Of a stretch of DNA of 64,000 nucleotides, positions 1 through 7,615 are shown one piece after another. The stretch is from a virus (lineage: Duplodnaviria; Caudoviricetes), in IMG/VR virus record IMGVR_UViG_3300049172_000088, positions 1 to 64,000 of that record, one strand, 5' to 3'. The position numbers were made by a program, and so were the translations under genes. Every line of letters begins with the position of its first letter. Within the stretch, counting starts at the first letter, position 1. Under the pieces are notes generated by a model. That model had not been told where the DNA came from. It did not search any database and worked only from the letters and a program-made list of their open reading frames with translations.

Positions 1-145
1 CCGCGGGGGCAAGATCCGCGATCTTGACTGGCCCCCCACCTGCCTGACCTGCGGTTTTGTGTCCCCGTTGGCTGACCTGCGGTTACGCTGTGGAGTTGCT
101 CTGATCTTCGTCACTGTGTGTGACATTGAGCTGAGTAACGGTGTG
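1..145 (-). other. Putative genome-end / cos-proximal packaging region
   Basis: Non-coding and downstream of HNH + P-loop genes. 13-bp direct repeat CTGACCTGCGGTT at 44-56 and 72-84, inverted repeat CAAGATC-N3-GATCTTG at 10-26, and G/C runs. This position is typical of the cos-phage right end. Confidence 0.45.
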
Positions 146-583
146 TCACCATGCTCTAGACGATCTTGTGGGTGGTTGCTGTGTGTGAGCGAAGCTTGAG
201 TACCAACGTTCAGCTACTGATCGCATCGAGGGTGGTCTCTGCTCGGCGATCCGCCTCATCACAACGTCACGACCAGGATCGATGGTGATCAACTGAGCGT
301 CGTGTTCTGTGTATCTGTTGAGTGCTTCTGTTGAGGGCAGTGTGTGGATCACGTACACGTCGACGTCTGCTGTGTGCTTGAGCGCTTCGGTGATGGCTGC
401 TGCTCGTGCTCGTGATGCGACGTTGCGCAGCACCTTGGGATGGTCGTAGGGGTGGGCACCTGGTGCTGTGAGGGCGTTGGCCAGCTGGTCGTAGTCGATG
501 ACGATGTCGCCTGGCTTGGCCTTGCTGCGTACCCAGGTGGATTTGCCAGAGGCGGGTGGTCCAGTTACGAGGATCAGCCCCAT
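146..583 (-). CDS. Small P-loop NTPase (AAA_33 / kinase-like), packaging-associated
   Basis: Walker A GPPASGKST near the N-terminus, followed by IVIDYD; 145 aa; ends RSSRAW. Confidence 0.8.
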   Translation of the reverse strand: MGLILVTGPPASGKSTWVRSKAKPGDIVIDYDQLANALTAPGAHPYDHPKVLRNVASRARAAAITEALKHTADVDVYVIHTLPSTEALNRYTEHDAQLITIDPGRDVVMRRIAEQRPPSMRSVAERWYSSFAHTQQPPTRSSRAW

Positions 584-742
584 GGTGTTGCCCTCTGTCC
601 CGTGTGATCCGGGCCCTGGTGTCGCCCCGCTGACCCCGAAGGCGGCGCCCTGTTACCCGACCCGGGGACGGACCCCGAATGACCCGGGCCCCCGTTGCCG
701 GTCCCCCATGCTGGCGGGCCCCCTGGTACGCCAGCGCCCCCT

Positions 743-1027
743 TCACCAGGCCCGGGATGATCGGGGCGCCGGGAGCGTGGTCTTGGCCCCCTTGGAGCTG
801 TTGCACTTGCGGCCGCACACGGGGCAGCCCTTGACCCCGTGTGCCGGTCTGAGGTTGGCCGGGTCGAGCGGATCCCCGCCCTTGCTGAGCGCGATGACGT
901 GGTCCACGGTGTCGGCGGCGCCGTGCCCGCAGATCCAGCAGGTACGGGATGCGGCGAGGACCTGGGCGCGGACGCGACGCCAGGGCCGGCCGCTACGTCC
1001 CCGGCTGCGGGCCATCAATCTGGCCAC
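743..1027 (-). CDS. HNH endonuclease (terminase-associated type)
   Basis: CWIC...TVDHVIALSKGG...NLRPAH...CNSSKG; located at the end of the early region. Confidence 0.9.
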   Translation of the reverse strand: MARLMARSRGRSGRPWRRVRAQVLAASRTCWICGHGAADTVDHVIALSKGGDPLDPANLRPAHGVKGCPVCGRKCNSSKGAKTTLPAPRSSRAW

Positions 1028-1260
1028 TCCGCGTAGTAGGCGTGCAGGTGGGGCACCTTCTCCCCGATGCGGTAGATGACCGTACGGTTCGCCGCCGCGA
1101 TGCGCAAGACATCACCGTTGACGGTGACCTCAGGTTCGCCCTCGCCACGACGCCATTCATCGAGAAGTGCTGCCGAGACGACGACGCGAGGGTCCGCCCG
1201 GTCGACGGTGAGCCGTCCGTCCTCCCAGTGCCGGGTGAAGATGCACTCTCCTACATGCAT
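1015..1260 (-). CDS. Hypothetical phage protein
   Basis: 81-aa ORF from ATG 1260, overlapping the HNH start. Confidence 0.6.
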   Translation of the reverse strand: MHVGECIFTRHWEDGRLTVDRADPRVVVSAALLDEWRRGEGEPEVTVNGDVLRIAAANRTVIYRIGEKVPHLHAYYAEWPD

Positions 1261-1277
1261 GCCGATCACGGCTCCGC

Positions 1278-1520
1278 TCAGAGGATGTCGAACACGATGT
1301 GCGGGAGGAACCACACGACGAAGAGGATGAGCACCGCGGCGAAGACGGGCACTGCCACGCGGCGGCGGGCGTTCGGTGGGGTGATGCCGAGCCAGGCCCG
1401 GGTGCGTTCGCTGAGGGTGTCGCCCTTGCGCCGGTTGGCCAGGGCCACGGTCTCCAGGACGGCGAACCCGCCGGCCGCGATGGCGAGCCAGGTGATCCAC
1501 GCCCACTCGGGGACGTTCAC
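1278..1520 (-). CDS. Small membrane protein
   Basis: Two hydrophobic helices (WAWITWLAIAAGGFAVL; VAVPVFAAVLILFVVWFL) flanking KGDTLSE. Confidence 0.7.
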   Translation of the reverse strand: MNVPEWAWITWLAIAAGGFAVLETVALANRRKGDTLSERTRAWLGITPPNARRRVAVPVFAAVLILFVVWFLPHIVFDIL

Positions 1521-1663
1521 AGGACCGCCGAGAACGCGTCGATCAGCGGCACGAGGATCCACAGGGCAAGGCCGGCGGCGAGCAGGTTGACGCGGCTGGC
1601 CACGCCGAATGCGGCGAGGGCAAGACAGATGAAGCCACCGAGTAGGAGTACGAGGGTGAGCAT
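1517..1663 (-). CDS. Small membrane protein (48 aa)
   Basis: Read by hand: MLTLVLLLGGFICLALAAFGVASRVNLLAAGLALWILVPLIDAFSAVL; GTGA overlap with the next gene. Confidence 0.6.
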   Translation of the reverse strand: MLTLVLLLGGFICLALAAFGVASRVNLLAAGLALWILVPLIDAFSAVL

Positions 1664-1674
1664 GGGCACCTCCG

Positions 1675-1866
1675 TCATCGGGTGTCACCGCAGTCGCATT
1701 CGCAGGAGCCGCCGTGCCGCCAGGCGATGGTGCAGCGGTGGTCCTTGCCTCCGTGGGCAGTGCAGCCGTTGCCCCACTCGTTGAGGCACAGGCGGCTCTG
1801 CTGTCTCCGGCTCTTGGTCGGGACGACGGGCTTGACCGGCTTGCCGGATGGCTTGAAGCGCGCCAT
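1675..1866 (-). CDS. Small Cys/His-rich hypothetical protein
   Basis: CLNEWGNGCTAHGGKDHRC...CECDC. Confidence 0.55.
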   Translation of the reverse strand: MARFKPSGKPVKPVVPTKSRRQQSRLCLNEWGNGCTAHGGKDHRCTIAWRHGGSCECDCGDTR

Positions 1867-1914
1867 GCCACCTCCCAGCCCGGGGCGATCCTGGGAGTGG
1901 GCTGGGAGGTGGAG

Positions 1915-2145
1915 CTACTCGCGGGTGCGCTTCACCCTGCGGTAGTCCTGGCCATCGAGGGGCTCGACCTCATGCGCGCCGAACCAGACGGCGCGCGGTT
2001 CTTGGAGTCCGCCTCGGTAGCCTGGCGCGTCTTCGACGATCTCGACGAGGGCTTCCCATTGCCCGTTGGCCCGACGTCGCCACTCCAGGAGGCCGCCAGC
2101 TCCGGAGGGGTGGCTGGGTAGGCGGACGACGGGCGGTTCGGGCAT
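1915..2145 (-). CDS. Hypothetical protein, probably leaderless
   Basis: 76 aa; TACGCT (-10-like) lies 6 nt upstream of the ATG on the minus strand. Confidence 0.6.
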   Translation of the reverse strand: MPEPPVVRLPSHPSGAGGLLEWRRRANGQWEALVEIVEDAPGYRGGLQEPRAVWFGAHEVEPLDGQDYRRVKRTRE

Positions 2146-2210
2146 GGTGCAAGCGTACCCAGCGCTCGAACGCCCATTCGATTCAGGGGCTGACCTTGGT
2201 CTCCGAAATG

Positions 2211-2238
2211 CGAAAAGCCCGACGCTGTGGTCGGGCTT
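2211..2238 (-). terminator. Intrinsic terminator-like hairpin
   Basis: Minus strand AAGCCCGAC-CACAGC-GTCGGGCTT followed by TTCG. Confidence 0.6.
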
Positions 2239-2275
2239 GGAGACACGTCTCCTGGCGGGCAGTTTCTCACAAACC

Positions 2276-2497
2276 TCAGGCAGCGATCAACAACACCGCC
2301 ACCACGGCGTGCGCCTTCCGAAGTTGCTCGCCGTCGTACAACGCGGCCGGCCGCCCGCCGAACGGGCCAGGAGGCCGCTTCCCCACCGGCTGCAGGCCGG
2401 CCAGGGCGATGAGGGCGCGTACCTGGGCCACCGTCATGATGGGGTGCAACTCGGCGGCCGCATCCTCGACGGTCCACAGCTCACGTGGGATGTCCAC
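2276..2497 (-). CDS. Small winged-helix-like DNA-binding protein (late-regulator type)
   Basis: MDIPRELWTVEDAAAELHPIMTVAQVRALI...GRPAALYD, a pattern common before HNH/terminase in actinophages. Confidence 0.6.
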   Translation of the reverse strand: MDIPRELWTVEDAAAELHPIMTVAQVRALIALAGLQPVGKRPPGPFGGRPAALYDGEQLRKAHAVVAVLLIAA

Positions 2498-2550
2498 ACC
2501 TCCATGATGCCCGGCTCGGGCACGCGAGAGGCGTGCCCGAGCCTTCCCGG

Positions 2551-4146
2551 TCAGAACGGCCAGTCGGCGTTGCGGCCGGCCTCCAGCAACGGGATGAGCC
2601 CGAAGGCAGCGTCCGACAGGCCGCCGAGCGTGTGCCTGTTGCCGGCTCCCGAGGGTGCCGCGCCGTGCTGGTAGCCGCCGAAGTTCCACATGTAGAGCGG
2701 CACGTGCGCCGGGATGAGGTCGTCGATGCGCGCCTCGCGGCCGCCGCCGTACCCGTAGCCGTTCGACGGGAGCCAGCCGGGCCGGGTCTGCTCGTCGGTG
2801 ACGATCACGACCCGGGTGTGGTGAGGCCGCAGGTGCGTCCGGACCGCCGAGGGGATGTCCGTGCCGTCGAGGCGGCGGAACCGCTCGACGACCTTCAGCA
2901 CCGACTCGCCGCGGCTGAACGGCACCGGGCCGTTCTGGATGCCGAACTCCACCAGGTCGGCCGCCTGCGCGCGCAGGGCGAGCGCGGCGCCGAACACCGC
3001 GGCGGCGTCGGCCCACGGCATGTCGGAGTGCGCCGACATGCGCTGGCCCCACATCGACGGCGACCGGTCCACCAGCACCAGCGTGCGCCCGGCCAACGCG
3101 GGCACGTTCGCGAGGGAGTGCCCGAGCGCCTGCTCCAGTGGGTACGCCCACCGCAGCGACGGCGCGGCCCGATATGCGGCCAGGAACCGGAACGGCAGCT
3201 GCCGCGACCTCGCCACCTCAGCCGGGTCGGCGAGCCGGGCCGCCACCGCTGCCGCGACGACGTCGGACACGCCCGACTGGTCGAAGTTCCGCAGGTTCCG
3301 GGTGAGCGCCATCAGCCCCATCGACGGGATGAGCGACTCCCACAGCTTGGCCTTCTCCACCTTGTCGCCCGCCAGCGACAGCACCGTCTCCCACGTCATC
3401 CCGGCCGCGTGCAACATCTCGGCGTCCAGCAGGGCCGCGGGGTCGCGCTTCGCCCGGTGCCGCAGCATGACGTTGGCCGCCAGCACTCGCAGTTCGCCGG
3501 GGATCTCAGCGTCGGCACGGTGGCGGCGGTCGATGGTGTGCCGGAACAGGTTGCCCTGCCAGGGCGTCCCGGGTGAGGCGTGCACCAGTTCCAGCACGTC
3601 GCCGAACCTGAAGCCGCGGGCGTCGCTGTCGTACTTGAGCAGGCTCCGCTCGGTGTACAGCCGCTGGACGGCGTCGGCGATGCCGCGCTTGACCGGCTTC
3701 GGGACGGCGCGGCCGTACCGGGACGTCCAGTAGGCCAGGGCCTCGCCGGGCTCGTCGGCCCGCTGGAGCACGGTGGTGACCAGCTGGCGGTTGAGGCCCT
3801 GCAGTCCGGCGTCGAGCCGGGCCTTGACCGCTTCGAGCGCGGCGACGACCGGCGCAGAACGCATGTTGGCCTTGCCGCGCAGCCAGGGCAGGAATCGGGC
3901 CAGCCACTCGCCGTCCTCGACGGCCATCTGGTGGACGAGGGCGCGGAATCGGTCGTCGCGTTCGCCGGCGGCCTCGTAGAAGGTCTTCTCGCTGACGAGG
4001 TTGGAGACGGCGAGGAGGAACAGCTCGCTCTTGGCGTCGCGGGTGTAGCCGGCGGCGCCCTCGTAGGTGCGGCCGGTCGGCGTGGCCTCGGTCTTGACCG
4101 GGCTGGAGACGGCCAGGCGGGTGGTCGTGCTGTTGAACTTCGTCAT
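2551..4146 (-). CDS. rsr: TROVE-domain Ro60 ortholog (Rsr) with C-terminal VWA domain
   Basis: YTRDAKSELFLLAV..FYE, MGLMALTRNLRNF, SRQLPFRFLAAY, VWA MIDAS-like LVLVDRSPSM and VIVTDEQ; Y RNAs immediately upstream; 531 aa from ATG 4146. Confidence 0.93.
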   Translation of the reverse strand: MTKFNSTTTRLAVSSPVKTEATPTGRTYEGAAGYTRDAKSELFLLAVSNLVSEKTFYEAAGERDDRFRALVHQMAVEDGEWLARFLPWLRGKANMRSAPVVAALEAVKARLDAGLQGLNRQLVTTVLQRADEPGEALAYWTSRYGRAVPKPVKRGIADAVQRLYTERSLLKYDSDARGFRFGDVLELVHASPGTPWQGNLFRHTIDRRHRADAEIPGELRVLAANVMLRHRAKRDPAALLDAEMLHAAGMTWETVLSLAGDKVEKAKLWESLIPSMGLMALTRNLRNFDQSGVSDVVAAAVAARLADPAEVARSRQLPFRFLAAYRAAPSLRWAYPLEQALGHSLANVPALAGRTLVLVDRSPSMWGQRMSAHSDMPWADAAAVFGAALALRAQAADLVEFGIQNGPVPFSRGESVLKVVERFRRLDGTDIPSAVRTHLRPHHTRVVIVTDEQTRPGWLPSNGYGYGGGREARIDDLIPAHVPLYMWNFGGYQHGAAPSGAGNRHTLGGLSDAAFGLIPLLEAGRNADWPF

Positions 4147-4152
4147 GACGCG

Positions 4153-4190
4153 ACGAGGCCCCTCTCCTGGATGGGTGAGAGGGGCCTCGT
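4153..4190 (-). promoter_or_regulatory. 14-bp perfect hairpin covering the rsr ribosome-binding region
   Basis: ACGAGGCCCCTCTC (4153-4166) pairs with GAGAGGGGCCTCGT (4177-4190); 10-nt loop; ends 6 nt before the ATG. Confidence 0.7.
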
Positions 4191-4200
4191 TCAAGAGTTC

Positions 4201-4331
4201 GCGCCCGAGATCGGAGTCGGCGACGGATACAGCTGCTCTGCCAATTGAGCTACGGACCCCAAGGATCCGACAGGACTCGAACCTGCAACCAGCCGATCGT
4301 CGGAAGTAGCCGTTGCCTGCGCACCGGGCGC
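4201..4331 (-). ncRNA. Y RNA, YrlA-type tRNA mimic (copy 2)
   Basis: Terminal stem CCCGGTGCGCAGGCAACGG...CCGTCGCCGACTCCGATCTCGGG encloses a T arm (GCAGG-TTCGAGT-CCTG), a loop-closed acceptor-like stem and a D arm (TAGCTCAATTGGCAGAGC), in permuted tRNA order. Confidence 0.88.
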
Positions 4332-4346
4332 GTCTCTGAAGTTGTC

Positions 4347-4490
4347 CCCTCCCGAGATCAAGGTCGGCGACGGACACGTAAGCGCTCTAGCCATCTGAGC
4401 TACCCACGCCGGTTAGGGCCTGGGGCAGGACTCGAACCTGCGACCTCTCGCTTACAAGGCGAAGTAACCGTTGCCTGCGCACCGGGAGGG
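4347..4490 (-). ncRNA. Y RNA, YrlA-type tRNA mimic (copy 1)
   Basis: Same 5' arm (CCGGTGCGCAGGCAACGGTTACTTC) and 3' arm (CCGTCGCCGACCTTGATCTCGGG); T arm GCAGG-TTCGAGT-CCTGC; D arm TAGCTCAGATGGCTAGAGC. Confidence 0.88.
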
Positions 4491-4505
4491 TGCGTTTCAA
4501 GTTGT

Positions 4506-4577
4506 GGGCTCAGAGATCGGGAGTGGGTCCGGCGTAGTTTCCCCCAAAGAAGTAGCCGGTCCCGTTCGCACCTGAGC
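4506..4577 (-). ncRNA. Short Y RNA lacking the tRNA-like domain
   Basis: GCTCAGGTGCGAACGGGACCGGCTACTTC...GCCGGACCCACTCCCGATCTCTGAGC shares GGTGCG, CTACTTC and GATCTC with the other two copies. Confidence 0.75.
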
Positions 4578-4778
4578 TGCCCTCAGGCTAGACCGAAAAG
4601 GAGGTTACGGGTCGCCGTTTTTCGGCCGGCGCGGGCTTTTCAGCAACCTGTGCCACATCGGCCCGCCGGGATGCGCGTGTCTGTCCGGGCTTGATCTGGC
4701 AGGGCATGCCTGAGGGCCGGAAGCGAGTTGGTGGGATGGCGGTCCCGGTCGCGTATCTGGCCCTCAGGGTTCGGGTGG

Positions 4779-4991
4779 TCACGTGCGTTCGCAGTAGTGC
4801 GAGTCGCCCTCGTCGTCGCCTGCGGCGTGGAACTCGATCCACGTAGTCGCGAGCTCTGGACAGCCCATCTCGGCGAGGAGGGCGGCCAGGGCCTCGACCT
4901 CGGAGCAGGTGAGCGCGGGGCCGATCTCGTCGGCGAGGTAGCCGGTCCAGTTCGAGACGAACGCGGTCGCGATCCTGTCCTTGATGATCAC
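4779..4991 (-). CDS. Hypothetical protein
   Basis: 70 aa; ALTCSEVEALAALL...WIEFHAAGDDEGDSH. Confidence 0.6.
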   Translation of the reverse strand: MIIKDRIATAFVSNWTGYLADEIGPALTCSEVEALAALLAEMGCPELATTWIEFHAAGDDEGDSHYCERT

Positions 4992-5055
4992 GGGCTGATG
5001 TCCTGTTCGAGGTGGGTGTGGGCGGCCCGCGCGGGGCTGGCCGCCCGGGTGGTGG

Positions 5056-6186
5056 TCAGCGGCGGACCAGGGTCATGAGCCGCTTGTGGGCGGTGGTCTT
5101 GATGTCGTCGTCCGAGCCCTCCAGGAGGGCGGTGGCGCGGGCGATCTCCTCGGTCATGGTCTTGCCGGGGCGGCGGGGCGCGATGTGGTCGAGGTAGTCG
5201 GTAATCGCGCGTTCGGCGGCGTACGCGGTGCGGCCGAGGCGCTCGCTCTCGGCGCGGTACATGTCGGCGAGCTGCTCGCTGCGGCGGGTGGCGGCGTTCC
5301 GGGTCCGCACCGGTGCGTCGTCCTTGACCGGCCACAGGTCCGCGATGAGCTTCTCGACGTCGCGCATGGTGATCTCGGTCTGGGCGAGCAGGGTCTCCTC
5401 GGCCGCCCACTCCTCGTAGTACTCGACGGTCAGCCCGAGCGTGCGGCGGGCCTCGGCGATCCGGTCCATGGCGCTGGCGGTGTGGCGGACCTTCCACGTG
5501 CTGTGCGCGTCGCGGACGGCGAACCGCTCGGTGTTGGCGCACACGACCCGCCACGGGGTGACGAGAGCCTGCGCCGGGGAGCGGCCGTCGTGCCCGTTGA
5601 GCATGACCACGAACGGGACGATCTCGTCGTCGATCCCCTGCTCGTCGATCCGCACCGACTCGGGCAGCCTCATGGTGACGAACACCCGCTTGCCGCCCCG
5701 CAGCGCCCCGGCGCTCTCCCAGATGACGCCGTGGTCGGCCACGAGGTCCTGGAGGAACACGAACAGGTCGCGGTTCTGGATCACCTCGTACTTGCTGCCG
5801 ACGACGCCGAGGGCCGCGCCGGTGTCGGTGCGGACGGTCACGTGGTAGTCGGCGGCGGTGCGCAGCGACGGCGTGGTCTCGCCGTCGCCCATGAAGCTGT
5901 AGCGGACGTTGCGCTTCTCGACGCCGTAGGCGATGCCGCCGAGGCGCAGCACGTCGTCGATGTTGTCGGTCCCGCCGGGGATGACGTTGCCGAGGCCGTG
6001 CCACGCGGGCGTGCTGGTGTAGAGGGCGGCCTCGCCGAGGGTGGTGTCGAGCCCGTCGCGGCCGATCACCTCGTTCGCGTCGAAGCCGGTGCCGGTCCAG
6101 GTGCCGTCGTCACGGCGGACGCTGCCGAAGCGCTGCACGGCGGCGGCGCGCTGGTCGTTGAACTGCTGGTTGACATCGATCGTCAT
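5056..6186 (-). CDS. DUF932 family phage/plasmid protein
   Basis: PAWHGLG, LGVVGSKYEVIQN, WESAGALRGGKRVF, NGHDG, TPWRVVCANT, VRHT motifs. Confidence 0.9.
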   Translation of the reverse strand: MTIDVNQQFNDQRAAAVQRFGSVRRDDGTWTGTGFDANEVIGRDGLDTTLGEAALYTSTPAWHGLGNVIPGGTDNIDDVLRLGGIAYGVEKRNVRYSFMGDGETTPSLRTAADYHVTVRTDTGAALGVVGSKYEVIQNRDLFVFLQDLVADHGVIWESAGALRGGKRVFVTMRLPESVRIDEQGIDDEIVPFVVMLNGHDGRSPAQALVTPWRVVCANTERFAVRDAHSTWKVRHTASAMDRIAEARRTLGLTVEYYEEWAAEETLLAQTEITMRDVEKLIADLWPVKDDAPVRTRNAATRRSEQLADMYRAESERLGRTAYAAERAITDYLDHIAPRRPGKTMTEEIARATALLEGSDDDIKTTAHKRLMTLVRR

Positions 6187-6240
6187 AGCGATCTTCCTTC
6201 CGGTTGGCCGGGCGGCCGGATGCCGCCCGGCGAGGGGGTT

Positions 6241-6759
6241 TCAGACGATGGGGTCGCCGGGCGTCCAGCGGGCGGCGTCGTGGCCGTAGCCGTGGGAGGC
6301 GACCTCGCGGATCTCGGCGCGGATGCGTGCCAGGGCGGCGCGCTCGCGGTCGGCGCTCTCGCGGTCGAGGCGGAACGCGCCGGGCAGGTGGGTGAGGGTG
6401 TCGATGCGGTCGAGGCGGAAGCTGCGGGGCGCGCCTCTGAGGTGGTCCATCGCGCGGACGATCAGGTCGCCGTGTCGGGTGCGGAACAGCTCGTACGGCT
6501 CGATGGTGCGGGTGGTCCACTCGCCGTCCGCTGACACGTAGGTGATCATCACGGGCTGCTCGGCGGCGATCGCGTCCTCAAGTTCTTCGCGGGTCGCGGC
6601 CTGCTCGACGGGTGTGATGCTGGCGTGGCGGACGTTCGTCAGCGTGACCGGGCCACGGATCCTGTAGCGGTCCCCGTAGCAGGCCACGACGGTGAAGAAC
6701 TCGCCCTCGTACCTCTCGATGCTGCCGTGGTACTGGACCTCGGTGCCGATCTCGTACAC
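6241..6759 (-). CDS. WYL-domain protein with a short N-terminal beta domain
   Basis: AIAAEQPVMITYVSADGEWTTRTIEPYEL...AMDHLRGAPRSFRLDRI, the WYL signature; no obvious HTH. Confidence 0.85.
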   Translation of the reverse strand: MYEIGTEVQYHGSIERYEGEFFTVVACYGDRYRIRGPVTLTNVRHASITPVEQAATREELEDAIAAEQPVMITYVSADGEWTTRTIEPYELFRTRHGDLIVRAMDHLRGAPRSFRLDRIDTLTHLPGAFRLDRESADRERAALARIRAEIREVASHGYGHDAARWTPGDPIV

Positions 6760-6794
6760 CCCTGCTCACCTGCCCTTCTTCTCCTTCCATACTG

Positions 6795-6858
6795 AGCTTA
6801 CTATTGCTGATTGTCAATAGTTTAGCTATGCTGAGGTCAGCGGGTTTTATTGACAGGG
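6795..6858. promoter_or_regulatory. Divergent AT-rich promoter region with operator-like palindrome
   Basis: ACTATTG-N8-CAATAGT at 6800-6821; TATGCT and TTGACA elements; lies between the WYL gene and hicA. Confidence 0.55.
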
Positions 6859-6877
6859 AGCAAGAGAAAGAGGCATC

Positions 6878-7084
6878 ATGAGCCGCAGGGACATCACGAA
6901 GATCATCAGGGAGCTGGAACGGCAGGGATTCGAGGTCAAAATGGGCGGCTCAGGCCACTGGAAGGTCTACGACGCCGACGCCCACTTGATCGCCACCCTG
7001 CCCGCCACCCCGAGCGATCCTCGTGGTGTCCGCAACGTGCTGGCCGTACTACGGCGTGCCGGATTCACCTGGCCGCCGCGATGA
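6878..7084 (+). CDS. hicA: HicA-family toxin (dsRBD-fold mRNase)
   Basis: 68 aa; IIRELERQGFEVKMGGSGHWKV with the conserved G-H; TPSD.R...L..LRR.G. Confidence 0.85.
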   Translation: MSRRDITKIIRELERQGFEVKMGGSGHWKVYDADAHLIATLPATPSDPRGVRNVLAVLRRAGFTWPPR

Positions 7085-7614
7085 AGGGAACCCGCGCCAT
7101 GTGGAGCGTGCGCGTCGACGCCGACACCGGCCTCGACTTCGACGAAGAGCTCGGCGCGCACCTGCGGTGGCGCCTCGCCGACCGGCAGCCGGCCGCAGGC
7201 GCCGGCCATGTCGCCGGCCGCCTGGTGGCCGGCCGGGTCTCCGTACAGTTGAGCGTGAACGAGTCCTCCGCCCGCAAGGCGGTCGACGTGGCGGCCCGCG
7301 AGGTCGCGGCCGCCCTGCGCGAACATGGCCTGCAGCCCCACATTGTGCGCCTGGACGTGATGCCCGAGGAGGAGCTCGATGAGGAGCTCGACAAGACTCC
7401 GCCAGAGCTGATGGGCGTGCGGGAGATCGCCGCAGCGGTGGATCCGGACAACCCGATCAGCCGTCAGCGCGCCGATCAGCTGACGAAGCGCGACGACTTT
7501 CCCCAGCCGATCGCGGAGCTGGCGTCAGGAAAGGTCTGGTCGGGTGCCGCGGTGCGGCGGTGGCTGGCTACCTGGGAGCGCAAGAGCGGCCGGCCGAAGG
7601 CGTCGGCCGGTTGA
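7081..7614 (+). CDS. Probable antitoxin (HicB-like N-domain + C-terminal HTH)
   Basis: ATGA overlap with hicA; C-terminal LMGVREIA...SRQRADQL...FPQPIAELASGKVW DNA-binding motif. Confidence 0.65.
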   Translation: MKGTRAMWSVRVDADTGLDFDEELGAHLRWRLADRQPAAGAGHVAGRLVAGRVSVQLSVNESSARKAVDVAAREVAAALREHGLQPHIVRLDVMPEEELDEELDKTPPELMGVREIAAAVDPDNPISRQRADQLTKRDDFPQPIAELASGKVWSGAAVRRWLATWERKSGRPKASAG

Positions 7615-7615
7615 G

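Noticed and set aside
590-740. G-quadruplex or structured RNA between HNH and the P-loop gene
   Set aside because: G-runs are present on the minus strand but are expected in GC-rich intergenic DNA; no other support.
4201-4490. Two ordinary tRNA genes (tRNA scanners may call them)
   Set aside because: The T arm precedes the D arm, the acceptor stem is closed by a loop, and the ends form a Ro-binding stem. These are Y RNA features.
4700-4770. Fourth Y RNA upstream of the cluster
   Set aside because: It has a CCTGAGGGCC/GGCCCTCAGG stem but lacks the GGTGCG, CTACTTC and GATCTC motifs.
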